Positions 23,977-39,866 of a stretch of DNA of 64,000 nt are shown here, one piece after another; within the stretch, counting starts at the first letter, position 1, and every line of letters starts with the position of its first letter. A model generated the notes under the pieces. It was not told the DNA's origin and searched no databases. It worked only from the letters and a program-made list of their open reading frames with translations. This DNA comes from an uncultured Planctomycetaceae bacterium (GTDB lineage: Bacteria > Planctomycetota > Planctomycetia > Planctomycetales > Planctomycetaceae): positions 1,216,001-1,280,000 of the forward strand of contig CAWFAK010000005.1 in NCBI GenBank assembly GCA_963813715.1, in the 5' to 3' direction. The translations under genes were made by a program, and so were the position numbers.

Positions 23977-25291
23977 TCACAGGTTCCAGCCGGTGCGATA
24001 CGGGACCTCGAGAAACTGGTCGGCCTCGGGACAGTTCGTTGCACGGGCCGCCGTCGCATCCCAGACAAGCTCTTTTTGCCCTACGCGGTAAGAGACGTTG
24101 CCCAGTAATCCCGCCTCGGTCAGCAGGCCGCCGTACTCGAAGGGCGACGACGTCTGCCCTTCGCCGCGGATGGCCTGGAACCATTCCTCGTGGTGGCCGG
24201 GGGAATTGGGAGTCACTTGCGGCACTTTGGGTTCTTCGAGGCCGGGCTCGAGGAAGAGCTTGCGGGTCCGGTAGTCCAGAAGCAGGCGGCCGTTTTCGCC
24301 CTCGAAGAGTATGGCCGAGGTCTTGCCGTAGACGTCGATCCATTCCGGTTTGTACTTCCCCTGATACCAGGTCAGGTGGACGGGGCGTTGTTGGCCGCGG
24401 GCCGGGAATTTGTACTCGACCCGCATTGCGTCGGGCATGGCGTTGTCGCCGTCGTGCGTCTTCTTGCCCCAGGCGTGAACCGTTTCGGGATGTTTGAGAT
24501 CGAGCGACCAGAAGGGAACGTCCATGTAGTGACAACAGAAGTCGGCCAGATGCCCGCCGCCGAAGTCCCACCAGTATCGCCAGTCGAAAGTGAGAGAAGG
24601 CCGGATCGAACGGCCGGTAGGCGACGGGACCGAGCCAGAGGTCGTAATTCAATCCGGCCGGCACGTGAGCGTTCTTCGTCAGCTTCATCGGCTTGACGCT
24701 GCTCTTCTGCCAGATGTAGACGCGGCCGATCGGACCGAGCACGCCCGCACGGACGATGTCGACAGCCCGTCGATAGTTTTGCCCCGCATGAATTTGATTG
24801 CCCGTCTGTGTCGGCACCTTGGCGGTGGCAGCCGCGGCCAAGAGAGTTCGTAGTTCGTGCACAGTCTTGGTGAGCGGTTTCTCGCTGTAGACGGGCAGAC
24901 CGCGTTTGAGGGCGCTCACGACCACGATCGCGTGGTTGTGATCGGGCGTCGCCACCACCACGCCGTCAAGCCCCTTGAGATCGAGCACGCGGCGGAAGTC
25001 GTCGAATCGCTTGGAGTCCGGATGCTTGGCGGTTGTCGCCTCGAGCCGCTTTGCGTCTACGTCGCAGAGCGCGACGATATTTTGTGACGACACCTCGCGG
25101 AGATTGTCCAAGCCCCGCGGCCCGAGCCCAATGACCGCCAGGTTGAGCCGCTCGTTAGGGCTTTTTTTCTGTGTCGCTGCAGCAGCCGACCGAGTGAGCA
25201 GCTGCGCGGCAGGAATTGCCGTGCCGGCAGCCAGGGCACTTTGCAAGAACCGACGTCGATCCACGGCCCGCTGTCGTTCAGTGCGTTCCAC
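23977..25291 (-). CDS. Gfo/Idh/MocA oxidoreductase with Tat signal (frameshift ~24590)
   Basis: DRRRFLQ twin-arginine, IGLGPRG, VATPDHNH, YSEKPLT; C-terminus YRTGWNL. Confidence 0.92.
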
Positions 25292-25316
25292 GGGATGCGT
25301 CCTCTCCGATGCGATC

Positions 25317-26741
<1,425 letters not shown>

Positions 26742-27035
26742 GAGGTTTGCTTCCTTGTTGATTCCACGCTGATCATAGCGTTTCAACGCCAGTTGGTCAG
26801 CGGCCCGGACGGTTCTCCATTAGGGACACCCGAGCGATTGGATGAATTTTCATCAGGGACGTTTGCCGGTAGCGTCCATAGCGGTGAAAATATAAGGAAT
26901 GGGCTTTGGCCCGCGGGTCTCAGCGTCGAATCAGCCCCGACCATTCCGCAGCAACGGACGTTCATTCCGATAGTCACTTCGCTCTGCCGACGTTCGGTTG
27001 ATGCTGTAGGGCTGTTGCCTCCAAGGTGACGCGAC

Positions 27036-29873
<2,838 letters not shown>

Positions 29874-29881
<8 letters not shown>

Positions 29882-29915
29882 TTCGCCGCGTGTGATTCGC
29901 AGCGTGCGAATTGCA
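29874..29915. repeat. 14-bp degenerate tandem repeat x3
   Basis: GCGTGTGATTCGCC / GCGTGTGATTCGCA / GCGTGCGAATTGCA. Confidence 0.7.
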
Positions 29916-30000
29916 ACGGCGCGATCAGCCCCGCAGTGCGGCCTCGCGGAGCAGACGATCCGCAGTGTGCGTAGTCCGCCGATGTGCGGCTGAGCTACAC

Positions 30001-30857
30001 CTATTCTTTGTCGTCGTGCGCAGTCTCGATCTCATCGTCTTTCCCCGATCGATTGAGCATCGTGAGGAGCCCGTGACTATTGAAAACCGCCCCGGAAAGC
30101 ATGATTGCTCCCACATACATCGACTTGATGGCGACCGGAGCATCCAGGCCGACGGAAGGAACGGCTAGTGCAACATTTCCGAGCGCCATTACAGTCCCAG
30201 TGCCCCCCAGCACAAGGCGTCCCATGACGCCATTTTTTTCCTTCTTCTTCGGTTTCCGAGCCACGTGAGCCAGGACGACTATATTTTTTTTCGTGTGCAC
30301 AACCTGCTGCTCGACCAATAGAAGCAATTGTTCAGCATTCTTTGGCAGGATTCTCGCGGGATCACCTGCCTGTACCTGTGAGCTCTGACTGAGAGTCGAG
30401 CTTCTGCGCTCGTCCTATCGTGTTCGCCGCCGCTGCTGCGCCCACGCAGCCGTGACGTTCCCTTCTCCTCCCGTTCACTTCCCGATCGACGCTCGGTGGC
30501 AGGTTGCGATCCGTCGGTTCGATAACGCTCTGCCTCCTGAACCATTCGGGAGACATCTTTTCGCTTCAACTTCAGAACATGGTGGAGCTGCATCTCGAAC
30601 TTGATGAATTCGTCATGCTTAATTGACCGCGTTATAGAGGAGTCGGCCTTTGACAGGCGAATGCCCTTATGAACTTCGGCAAGCGCATAATTGACCTCTG
30701 CGCGAGCCGATTCTTTCCCGAGAATGCTTCTCAGCTGATTGAGAAGTCTGTCAACCTCGGAGAAGCGTGCGCTACGTTCATTTCCCTTATGCGCTGCTTT
30801 CTTTAGGGCCCGCCTGATCGCAGAAACCAGGCGCAGAACGGACTGAAGTTCGTTCAT
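30001..30857 (-). CDS. Hypothetical protein(s) in an AT-richer segment; possibly one frameshifted gene
   Basis: Overlapping ORFs 30279-30857 (helical, K/R-rich) and 30001-30327 (Gly/Ala-rich hydrophobic segment); no family motif recognised. Confidence 0.5.
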
Positions 30858-31038
30858 TACTCCACCGTTTATGTTCGCCTATTGTCTGTGGATCCTCGAC
30901 GCTACGAGCGATGGCCGTGAGGAAGGCAATATAGTAATCAGATTGGTATTTAGTTGCGATGACAATTCCTCAAAAGCCGCTCTGGCGTCGGTAGCTACCC
31001 TGTTGGGCGCAACTTGGGAAAGCCTATTAAGGCTGCAG

Positions 31039-31860
31039 CTATGCCCTCAGCCGGGCCTCACGCAGCAGACGATCGGTCGCGTCGTAGGCTTCGCGGACCC
31101 ACTCTTCAACCTTGTCGGGCTCGGGAGAGTATTCCAGCTCGATCGAGATTGCCCCGTCGATCCCCAGGGCCTTGATCTCCCGCAAGTACGGCAAAAAGTC
31201 GACGACGCCGTGTCCCGGCGGGAGATCGCCGTGCACCTTGCCGTCGCAATCGGAGATGTGCACGTGAATGGCTTTGCCCTGCAGCTTGCGGACTTCTTCT
31301 GGCCCGACGTGAGCGAGATGCAGATGCGAAACGTCGATGTTCGCCTTGAGAGCGGGATGATTCGCCTCATCGAGGAAGGCAACCATGCGGTCGACACTAT
31401 TGAGCAGCGACAGGGGAAACGGCTCCAGTTCGAGCGCGATCGCGAGTCCCAATGATTGAGCGTGGTCGGCCAGCCGCCGACAGTTGTCGAGCGCCGTCCG
31501 CCACTGTTCGGCTGGCGGAATGACCTCGCGATTCCAGATGTACTCACCCAGCACGAGCAACAGGTTCTTCGCTTCCAGTTCGTAAACCAGGTCGAGGTAG
31601 GCCTTCGCGCGTTCGATGTGAAACCGTTGCACGCTCGGGTTGAAATCGATCAAACCGACGGCCACGCAGCAGACCGAGACGATCGGCAGTTGTTGACGCC
31701 GGCACTCGTCGCGGATCAGCCGCCGCTCGCGGGCGTCAATCTCCAGCGGGTCGGCAAAGATGTCGATCGTGTCGAAGCCAATTTCTTTCGTTTTGCGGAT
31801 GCCCCAGCTGGTTTCGCGACCGGCTTGGGCCCAGGCGGAATTGATCAGTCCCAACTGCAT
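31039..31860 (-). CDS. Sugar phosphate isomerase/epimerase (xylose-isomerase-like TIM barrel)
   Basis: ALELEP, NIDVSH, HVHISD, HGDLPPGHG, ISIELE. Confidence 0.9.
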   Translation of the reverse strand: MQLGLINSAWAQAGRETSWGIRKTKEIGFDTIDIFADPLEIDARERRLIRDECRRQQLPIVSVCCVAVGLIDFNPSVQRFHIERAKAYLDLVYELEAKNLLLVLGEYIWNREVIPPAEQWRTALDNCRRLADHAQSLGLAIALELEPFPLSLLNSVDRMVAFLDEANHPALKANIDVSHLHLAHVGPEEVRKLQGKAIHVHISDCDGKVHGDLPPGHGVVDFLPYLREIKALGIDGAISIELEYSPEPDKVEEWVREAYDATDRLLREARLRA

Positions 31861-32049
31861 GTGTTCACGCCATGGCTCACGGGTGACAAAACCTCGCGTG
31901 ATGAATCGACGCCGACCGATCCGAGCCACTCGCGAGCCGCGTTGGGTTACGTATGCGACACACCACCCCCAGCGGTGAGCGAGGGCGCGGGGCTCTTCGA
32001 TCGCATCGAATTCCGGGACGGTCTGGCCGATCGTGCACTTTGGAAGAGC

Positions 32050-32078
32050 ACGGTTGAGCAAGCTCAACCGTGGCACCC
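32050..32078. repeat. REP-like perfect palindrome
   Basis: CACGGTTGAGC-AA-GCTCAACCGTG (11-bp stem) followed by GCACC. Confidence 0.75.
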
Positions 32079-32136
32079 ACTCTGGCGCGGTGGGTCCAGA
32101 TCTTCACTTTCCCCTTATATCAAATGAGAGAGACCC

Positions 32137-32187
32137 GTCCCGCCGGGTCCACTTCAGGTTGTCCCGCCGGGTCCACTTGTCCCACCG
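32137..32187. repeat. 18-bp direct repeat x2 plus a partial third copy
   Basis: GTCCCGCCGGGTCCACTT at 32137 and 32161, then GTCCCACCG at 32179. Confidence 0.85.
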
Positions 32188-32611
32188 TGATGAACGCGAG
32201 CCGAGTCGCGGCGATTCGACCGGCGAGGAGACCCTAGCTTCCCTCCGCTGATGTTTTTCCGTCCGCGCATGCGGTTTTGATCTTGGGTCTGACGACGGGC
32301 AGTGTGCCCTCGATTGCAGCAAGCACCGGATCAGCAAACTTGACGCACCGCGCACGGCGCCGGTCAGTCGTTCGTCACGCCACACACCGAATGTACCCTG
32401 CGCGCACCGTTCGCGCAAAATCGCCTCTTTGCCATTGAGCCACAAAATCCCGATTCGACCAAGATCAGTTTGGGGGAATTCTTGACGCGCGACGGCAAAG
32501 CTCGTTCTTGCGATGCGCGGCTCGACCCGAGAGACCGACTCTGCTGGCGCCTGCGGCGAAGTCGGCCGCAAGTCAAGGTGCGTCTCTACGTCTCTTCTAA
32601 ACGCCTCGCAG

Positions 32612-32842
32612 TTAAGGCCGCGGCCAGTGCATCGGGTGGATCACGTCGCAGGCCAAGAGCAGTCCAAAAACGATGCCCGCGAACAACAGTCCGACGAGGA
32701 CGCGTAATCCCGCAGTTTCGCCGAACCAGCGGGCCAAACGCCGGCCCTTTCGCGTGTTCTCAAAGAACCATCGGCGCCGCCAGAGCCCATAGAGACAAAT
32801 CAATGCGACCATTCCGCCCATCGCGGTCTGCGAGGAGATCAT
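32612..32842 (-). CDS. Small two-TM hypothetical membrane protein
   Basis: 76 aa with two hydrophobic segments around a basic loop (RRRWFFENTRKGRRL). Confidence 0.65.
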   Translation of the reverse strand: MISSQTAMGGMVALICLYGLWRRRWFFENTRKGRRLARWFGETAGLRVLVGLLFAGIVFGLLLACDVIHPMHWPRP

Positions 32843-32985
32843 TTCATGAGAATAACAGCCGCGATTTCGCCGGGCGATGTTGGGTGTCCGGGCCCGAGGG
32901 ACAAGCCAAATGTCGCGTCGCTTTTTTGCTTCAGTATTTCTTAATGAACGGGACGTCCCGCGCCGGCGAATTTAATCGTTTATCG

Positions 32986-33014
32986 TTGACAGGCGCAATA
33001 TGATTGGCGACGAT
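32986..33014 (+). promoter_or_regulatory. Putative sigma70 promoter for coaE-rho
   Basis: TTGACA-N17-GACGAT with an AT-rich upstream tract. Confidence 0.5.
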
Positions 33015-33145
33015 TAAAGGCGCAAGAGCTTTCCTCACCGCATTTCTTTCGTCTGTGTGCGATCGGAACGCACGACGGCAGACTAAAATCGCAACGGATT
33101 GTTGATCACTCGGTTTCTTCATCCCAACCTACCGCCGTTTCGTTC

Positions 33146-33769
33146 GTGTCAGAACGCACGCACATTCCCGTGATTGGAATTGTCGGGGGGATCGGCTCGG
33201 GTAAAAGTTCGGTTGCCCGTTGGGTAGCGGCCCGCCACGACGACGTGTCGCTGATCAATGGCGACCAGGTCGGACATGAAGTCTTGACTGGGGCTGCGGT
33301 GCGGGACGCCGTCCGGAAACGGTTCGGCGAACCTGTGTTCAATGCGGACGGTCAGATCAATCGCCAAGCGCTGGGGCAGGTTGTTTTCGGCACTAGCCGC
33401 GAATGCCAAGCAGCGAAGGACGACTTGGAGCGGATCGTCCATCCTCGAATCCGGGAGATTTTTGCCAACAGAATCGCGGAGGCAGCAGCCGCCGGCAAAC
33501 GCGCGGTGCTGCTCGATGCGGCCGTGCTTTTTGAAGCGGGCTGGAACGATTTATGCCACGCGGTGGTCTTTATCGACGTGCCGCGCAGCGAGCGCCTGGC
33601 CCGACTTCGCGAATTACGCGGTTGGGATGATGCGGAGACCGAACGTCGGGAGTCCAGTCAGGCTTCGTTGGAATCGAAACGAAGCCAATCGCAGTTCGCC
33701 GTGGACAATTCTCGTTCCGTCGATGCCGCTGGCCGTCAACTCGAAGAAATCCTGTTGAAAATGTCGTGA
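33146..33769 (+). CDS. coaE: Dephospho-CoA kinase
   Basis: GIVGGIGSGKSSV, INRQALG, LERIVHP, DAAVLFEAG. Confidence 0.93.
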   Translation: MSERTHIPVIGIVGGIGSGKSSVARWVAARHDDVSLINGDQVGHEVLTGAAVRDAVRKRFGEPVFNADGQINRQALGQVVFGTSRECQAAKDDLERIVHPRIREIFANRIAEAAAAGKRAVLLDAAVLFEAGWNDLCHAVVFIDVPRSERLARLRELRGWDDAETERRESSQASLESKRSQSQFAVDNSRSVDAAGRQLEEILLKMS

Positions 33770-33927
33770 TGCAAATCTGCGCTGCGTTGCAATCGAATCG
33801 TGCACATTCGTGACGCCCGCTGGGGCGATTTCCCATCAAGAATCGCTCACGCGTTCCCGCCCACTTCGACTTTCCGACTTCACTCCTTGCGAATGTTGAT
33901 TTTCTTGCATTTGAGAAAGATCTCGCC

Positions 33928-35344
<1,417 letters not shown>

Positions 35345-35518
35345 CGGGACCGGCTGTCGGCGGGCGGGACAAATCGGTTATGCCCTTGGCGCGGACCCGT
35401 CGAGGGATTGCCACCAGTCGGGCCGAGTCGGCAGCACCTCGTGGCGCTCCAGGGCAGGCGCTCACTCGTTCCATGATTTCGCCGCGACGTGCTCTGCGAT
35501 CTCCGAAAGACTGGCGAT

Positions 35519-36073
35519 ATGCCCAAGCACCTCGAAGGTGAATTAACCGTTGGTGACGATGCCTTTGCCATCGTCGTCTCTCGGTACAATGAAATGGTGA
35601 CGCGACGGCTGCTCGACGGAGCGCTGGCCACGTTCAAGCACCACGGCGTGCCGGATGAGCGGATCACGGTCGCCTGGGTGCCCGGCGCGTTTGAGATCCC
35701 CCTTGTGGCCGATCGTCTGGCGCGAAGCGGCGGATTCGCTGCCGTCTGTTGCCTGGGGGCCGTTGTGCAAGGGGAAACGAGCCATCACGAATACATCAAT
35801 CACCAGGTGTCCCGAGCCATCATGGAGACGACGGTTGCCAGCGGAGTTCCAGTTCTGTTCGGCGTGCTGACTTGCCCGACGATGGAGTTGGCGATGCAGC
35901 GAGCCGGCGGGACGGGCGGCAACAAGGGGAGCGAGACGGCGCTCGCGGCGATGGAAATGGCCAACCTGCTGAAGAAGATTCCCCACGGGCAGCCCGGGAT
36001 TGAATCGGGCCGGATTGGATCGGGACCGCATTTGATTGGGCCGAATTTGATTGGGCGAAGTGTGACGCGATGA
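35519..36073 (+). CDS. ribH: 6,7-dimethyl-8-ribityllumazine synthase with a repeat-derived C-terminal tail
   Basis: [31 protein letters not shown]. Confidence 0.94.
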   Translation: MPKHLEGELTVGDDAFAIVVSRYNEMVTRRLLDGALATFKHHGVPDERITVAWVPGAFEIPLVADRLARSGGFAAVCCLGAVVQGETSHHEYINHQVSRAIMETTVASGVPVLFGVLTCPTMELAMQRAGGTGGNKGSETALAAMEMANLLKKIPHGQPGIESGRIGSGPHLIGPNLIGRSVTR

Positions 36074-36510
36074 CGCGACGCAGCAAGGCACGCGAGGTCG
36101 TGCTGCAGATGCTTTATCAGATCGACGTCAATCCGGACGTCGCAGCGGCAGCCGTGCGCGAAATGATCTACGAGCAGCTCCCCGACGAAGACCTGCGGTC
36201 ATTCGCCTGGTCTCTGTTCGCCGGGGTCCGTGAAAGCCGTGGCCAGCTCGACGCGCTGATCAGCACCGCGGCGGAGAACTGGACGCTGGCCCGGATGGCG
36301 CCGACCGATCGCAACGCGCTACGGCTGGGTGCCTATGAATTGCTCTTTACCGACACGCCGCACCGCGTCGTGATCGACGAAACGATCGAGCTGGCCCGGC
36401 GTTTCGGAGCGGCCCAGTCCCCGCAATTCGTGAACGGGATCCTCGATCGGCTGATTCCGCCGGAAAAACGTGACAGCCAGCCCGCGCAACCCGACGAGCC
36501 TTCCGAGTAG
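36070..36510 (+). CDS. nusB: Transcription antitermination factor NusB
   Basis: RRSKARE..LQMLYQ, DRNALRL, FVNGILD; ATGA overlap with ribH. Confidence 0.95.
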   Translation: MTRRSKAREVVLQMLYQIDVNPDVAAAAVREMIYEQLPDEDLRSFAWSLFAGVRESRGQLDALISTAAENWTLARMAPTDRNALRLGAYELLFTDTPHRVVIDETIELARRFGAAQSPQFVNGILDRLIPPEKRDSQPAQPDEPSE

Positions 36511-36656
36511 CTAGCCGGGGCCGTGCCGGTTGAACTGTGCTCGTCGCCAATTTCACGGTCGCCGGCGCGTGATATCCCGCCGCGTTTCACGCCTCAACAC
36601 TTGGGAAAAGACGCGGTTCCGACGATGACCCGCGTCCCTCGGAAAGGCGGAAACTC

Positions 36657-38481
36657 ATGTCTCTCTCCATGTTCGAGACGGAAACCGAGATGACACACGG
36701 GGGGCGACTTTGCCTACGGCTCGCCACGCCCGCGGATCGTCCGGCGATTTACCGAATGCGGCACGACGTCTACGCGATCGAGCTGGGCCAGCACGCCGAG
36801 AACGCACAAAGGACGCTCTCGGACCCGCTCGATGACTTCAACGTCTACATGGTCGCGGCAGAGGCGGGGGCAATCGTCGGCTTTGTCAGCATCACGCCGC
36901 CCGGCCATGGCCGCTACTCCGTCGATAAGTATTTGGCCAGAGCTGAATTCCCCGTGCCTGTCGACGATGGGTTGTACGAGGTCCGGCTGCTGACCGTGGC
37001 CCGGTCGCACCGCAAGAGTTCAGCGACGCCGCTGCTCATGCACGCGGCCCTGCGTTGGATTGATGAACAAGGCGGGCGAACGGTGATTGCCATCGGTCGT
37101 CGTGAAGTGCTGGGACTTTACCAAAAGGCGGGCTTTGTGACGGCGGGCCGGACCATCCAGTCGGGGGCCGTGCGTTACGAGCTGATGAGCACGCCCATCG
37201 AGCGGGCGCGCTGCTCGGCCGCCTCGTTCAGCGAACTAATTCGGAAGCTGGTCGCGGCCGCCGATTGGCAACTCGATTTTTCGCCGTTCGGCGGCGAGCC
37301 GTGCCAGCATGGCGGACAGTTTTTTGCGCGATCGGAGAAGACTTCAAGACACTCGAGAGCGCCGCGAGATCATCAATGCCGACGTGCTCGACGCGTGGTT
37401 TCCGCCGGCTCCGCAAGTCCTGGCCGACGTCCGCGTCCATCTCGATTGGAGCATGCGAACGTCGCCTCCGACGCACTGCGAAGGGCTCGTGCAAGCCATT
37501 GCACAGGCGCGGCGAGTCCCTGCGTTTTGTCTCGCCCCCGCCGCGGGGTCTTCCGCGCTGATCTATTTGGCCTTTCGCGAGTGGCTGGATGCGACGTCGC
37601 GCGTGTTGTTGCTCGATCCGACCTATGGCGAATATCGGCATGTCCTCGAGCAGATTGTCGGCTGTCGCGTTGATCGACTCCCTCTGCGCCCCGATCGGGC
37701 CTACACGGTCGATGTCCAGCAATTGGAAGACCGCTGCGCGGCAGCGTATGACCTGGTGGTGCTCGTGAATCCGAACAATCCGACCGGTCGGCACATCCCC
37801 AGAACCGACTTGGAAGCAATGCTCAGTCGTGCTCCCGCGCGCACGCGATTCTGGATCGACGAAGCCTACGTCGACTACGTCGGCCCCGACGAATCGCTCG
37901 AACGGTTTGCCGCCCGAAGCGAAAACACGGTCGTGTGCAAAACGCTGTCGAAGGGTTACGCCCTGAGCGGAATGCGCGCCGCCTATCTATGCGGTCCGGA
38001 ACCAATCGCTCAGGCGATTCGCCGAATCACGCCTCCTTGGTCGATCGGCCTGCCCAGCCAGATTGCCGCCGTCCGAGCACTGGAGAATCCGGGCTACTAT
38101 CAACAGAAGTACCGAGACACCGCCCGCCTAAGGATGGATTTGACAGCCCGGCTCGCCAAGCTGGGCGTGGACGTCGTTCCGGGCTCGGCCAATTTTCTCC
38201 TTTGCCATCTTTCCGCATCGGGTCCGGATGCCGGCACACTCATCCGCGGCTGCCAGTCGGCCGGGCTTTTCCTACGGGACGTCCGCAGCATGGGGACGGG
38301 CTTCGGCACGCAAACGTTCCGCATCGCCGTGAAGGCCGCCGCCACGAATGAACGGGCGGTCGAAATTATGCGGCGTCAGCTGGGTATTTCGGCAGACCCG
38401 AGGGGCGGCCGAAGGCCAAGGTGGAAAAGAGCCATCCGGCGGGGGGCCAACGACCCACATTCTGGTCCCCCCTTGCGGTAA
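36657..38481 (+). CDS. GNAT acyltransferase fused to a HisC/CobD-like PLP enzyme (frameshifts ~37326, ~37360)
   Basis: N-terminal YRMRHDVYAIELG...YEVRLLTV; linker HGGQFF/AIGEDFKTLE/REIINADVLDAWF over three frames; NPNNPTG, DEAY, TLSKGYALSGMR. Confidence 0.8.
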
Positions 38482-38553
38482 CTTCCGGCGGATGCAATAG
38501 TTCGATGAGGCGGCCGCCGATGGCGTTTTTCGTGTTCGGCCGTCCCCTGCTGC
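38392..38553 (+). ncRNA. Candidate structured RNA or palindromic element (no family recognised)
   Basis: Nested stems 38401-38413/38535-38548, 38424-38442/38514-38531 and 38441-38448/38464-38471; G-U pairs fit the + strand. Confidence 0.45.
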
Positions 38554-38581
38554 GCCGCATGGCGGCAATGAGTGCCGAGGA

Positions 38582-39811
38582 ATGACCGTCCCACTGATCG
38601 CCGACGCCGATCAATTCGCCGAGCTTTGCCAGCATATCCGCGAAGCTGGAATCGTTGCGTTCGACACGGAATTCATCTCCGAACACACCTATCACCCGCA
38701 CCTCTGCCTGCTGCAATTTGCCACAGCCGAGCGGCTGGCTGCCGTTGATCCGCTCGCCGTCAAGGATCTGTCGGCGTGGTGGGCGCTGATGGTGGACGAA
38801 GAGACCACCGTGATTTCGCACGGCGGTCAGGCGGAGATCCGTTTTTGCCTGCACTTTGCCGGTCGGCCGCCGCGCAACTTCGTCGACGTGCAACTGGCCG
38901 AAGGGCTGCGGAGCCGCAGTTACCCCCTCGGCTATGCGACTCTTGTCAGTCGCGTTCTCGACAAGCGAATTCACGGCAAAGAAACGCGGACGAATTGGGA
39001 TCATCGGCCGCTGACCAAAGCTCAGATTCAATACGCACTGGAAGACGTGAAGTACGTGCTGGCGATCTGGGAAAAACAACGGGCTTCGCTATCTCGACTC
39101 GGGCGCCTCGAATGGGTGCATGCCGAGTTTCGGCGGATGGTGGATGAGATTGCCGCGGAGCACGTTCGCGAAGCCTGGCACCGCCTGCCCAAGCTGCACA
39201 AGTTGTCGCCGCGGGAAATGGCCGTCGTCCGCGAATTGTCGCTGTGGCGGGAAGCAGAAGCCGTGCAACGGAACCGTCCGCCACGGCGGATTCTGCGAGA
39301 TGATCTGATCCTCGAGCTGGCCCGGCGGCAGCCCAAAACCATCGACGATCTGTTCGCCACCCGCGACATGAACCGGAGCGATCTCCGCCGCTCGGGCCCG
39401 CAGATTCTGGCCGGAGTCGAACGGGCGCTGGCAATTCCCGAAGACGAGCTGCCTCCCCCGCCGCGGCCGGCCGGGCTGGAAGTCGATTCGGATGAGCACG
39501 TCGTCGGCCAGCTCTTGGGAATCGCGCTGATGAATCAGTGCACCGCCCAGAACGTCGCGAAAACGCTCGTCGGCACCTCGGCCGACCTGCGTGATCTCGT
39601 CCGCTGGCATCAATCGGGCGGCAAGGGACAACCCCCGCGCATCCTGCAGGGTTGGCGGGCGGAAGTCTGCGGCGAGCTTCTGCGTGACGTGCTCAACGGG
39701 CGGATCGCTCTCCGCGTCGCTGACAGCAATTCCGATCATCCCCTCGTCTTCGAGCGGTCCGACAAGCCTCCGACCGAGCACGCGGAGCGCAGCTCGGCGC
39801 GGCGGCATTGA
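38582..39811 (+). CDS. rnd: Ribonuclease D with HRDC domain
   Basis: AFDTEF, LCLLQ, TNWDHRPL, YALEDV, WREAEA..NRPPRRIL, GWRAE. Confidence 0.92.
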   Translation: MTVPLIADADQFAELCQHIREAGIVAFDTEFISEHTYHPHLCLLQFATAERLAAVDPLAVKDLSAWWALMVDEETTVISHGGQAEIRFCLHFAGRPPRNFVDVQLAEGLRSRSYPLGYATLVSRVLDKRIHGKETRTNWDHRPLTKAQIQYALEDVKYVLAIWEKQRASLSRLGRLEWVHAEFRRMVDEIAAEHVREAWHRLPKLHKLSPREMAVVRELSLWREAEAVQRNRPPRRILRDDLILELARRQPKTIDDLFATRDMNRSDLRRSGPQILAGVERALAIPEDELPPPPRPAGLEVDSDEHVVGQLLGIALMNQCTAQNVAKTLVGTSADLRDLVRWHQSGGKGQPPRILQGWRAEVCGELLRDVLNGRIALRVADSNSDHPLVFERSDKPPTEHAERSSARRH

Positions 39812-39866
39812 GCGAGTGGGCAGCCGCGCCCAACCGTCCGACATTTCTTCGCACGACTCCTTTCGC

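Noticed and set aside
32137..32187. CRISPR array from the short direct repeats (also 15538 and 29874)
   Set aside because: Only 2-3 units, no spacers of suitable length, and no cas genes.
35345..35518. FMN riboswitch ahead of ribH
   Set aside because: Only a short CAGGGCAGG resemblance; the other conserved FMN aptamer segments are absent.
38392..38553. Naming the structured element as 6S or SRP RNA
   Set aside because: The SRP domain IV motif is missing and the branched top does not clearly fit a 6S central bubble; left unnamed.
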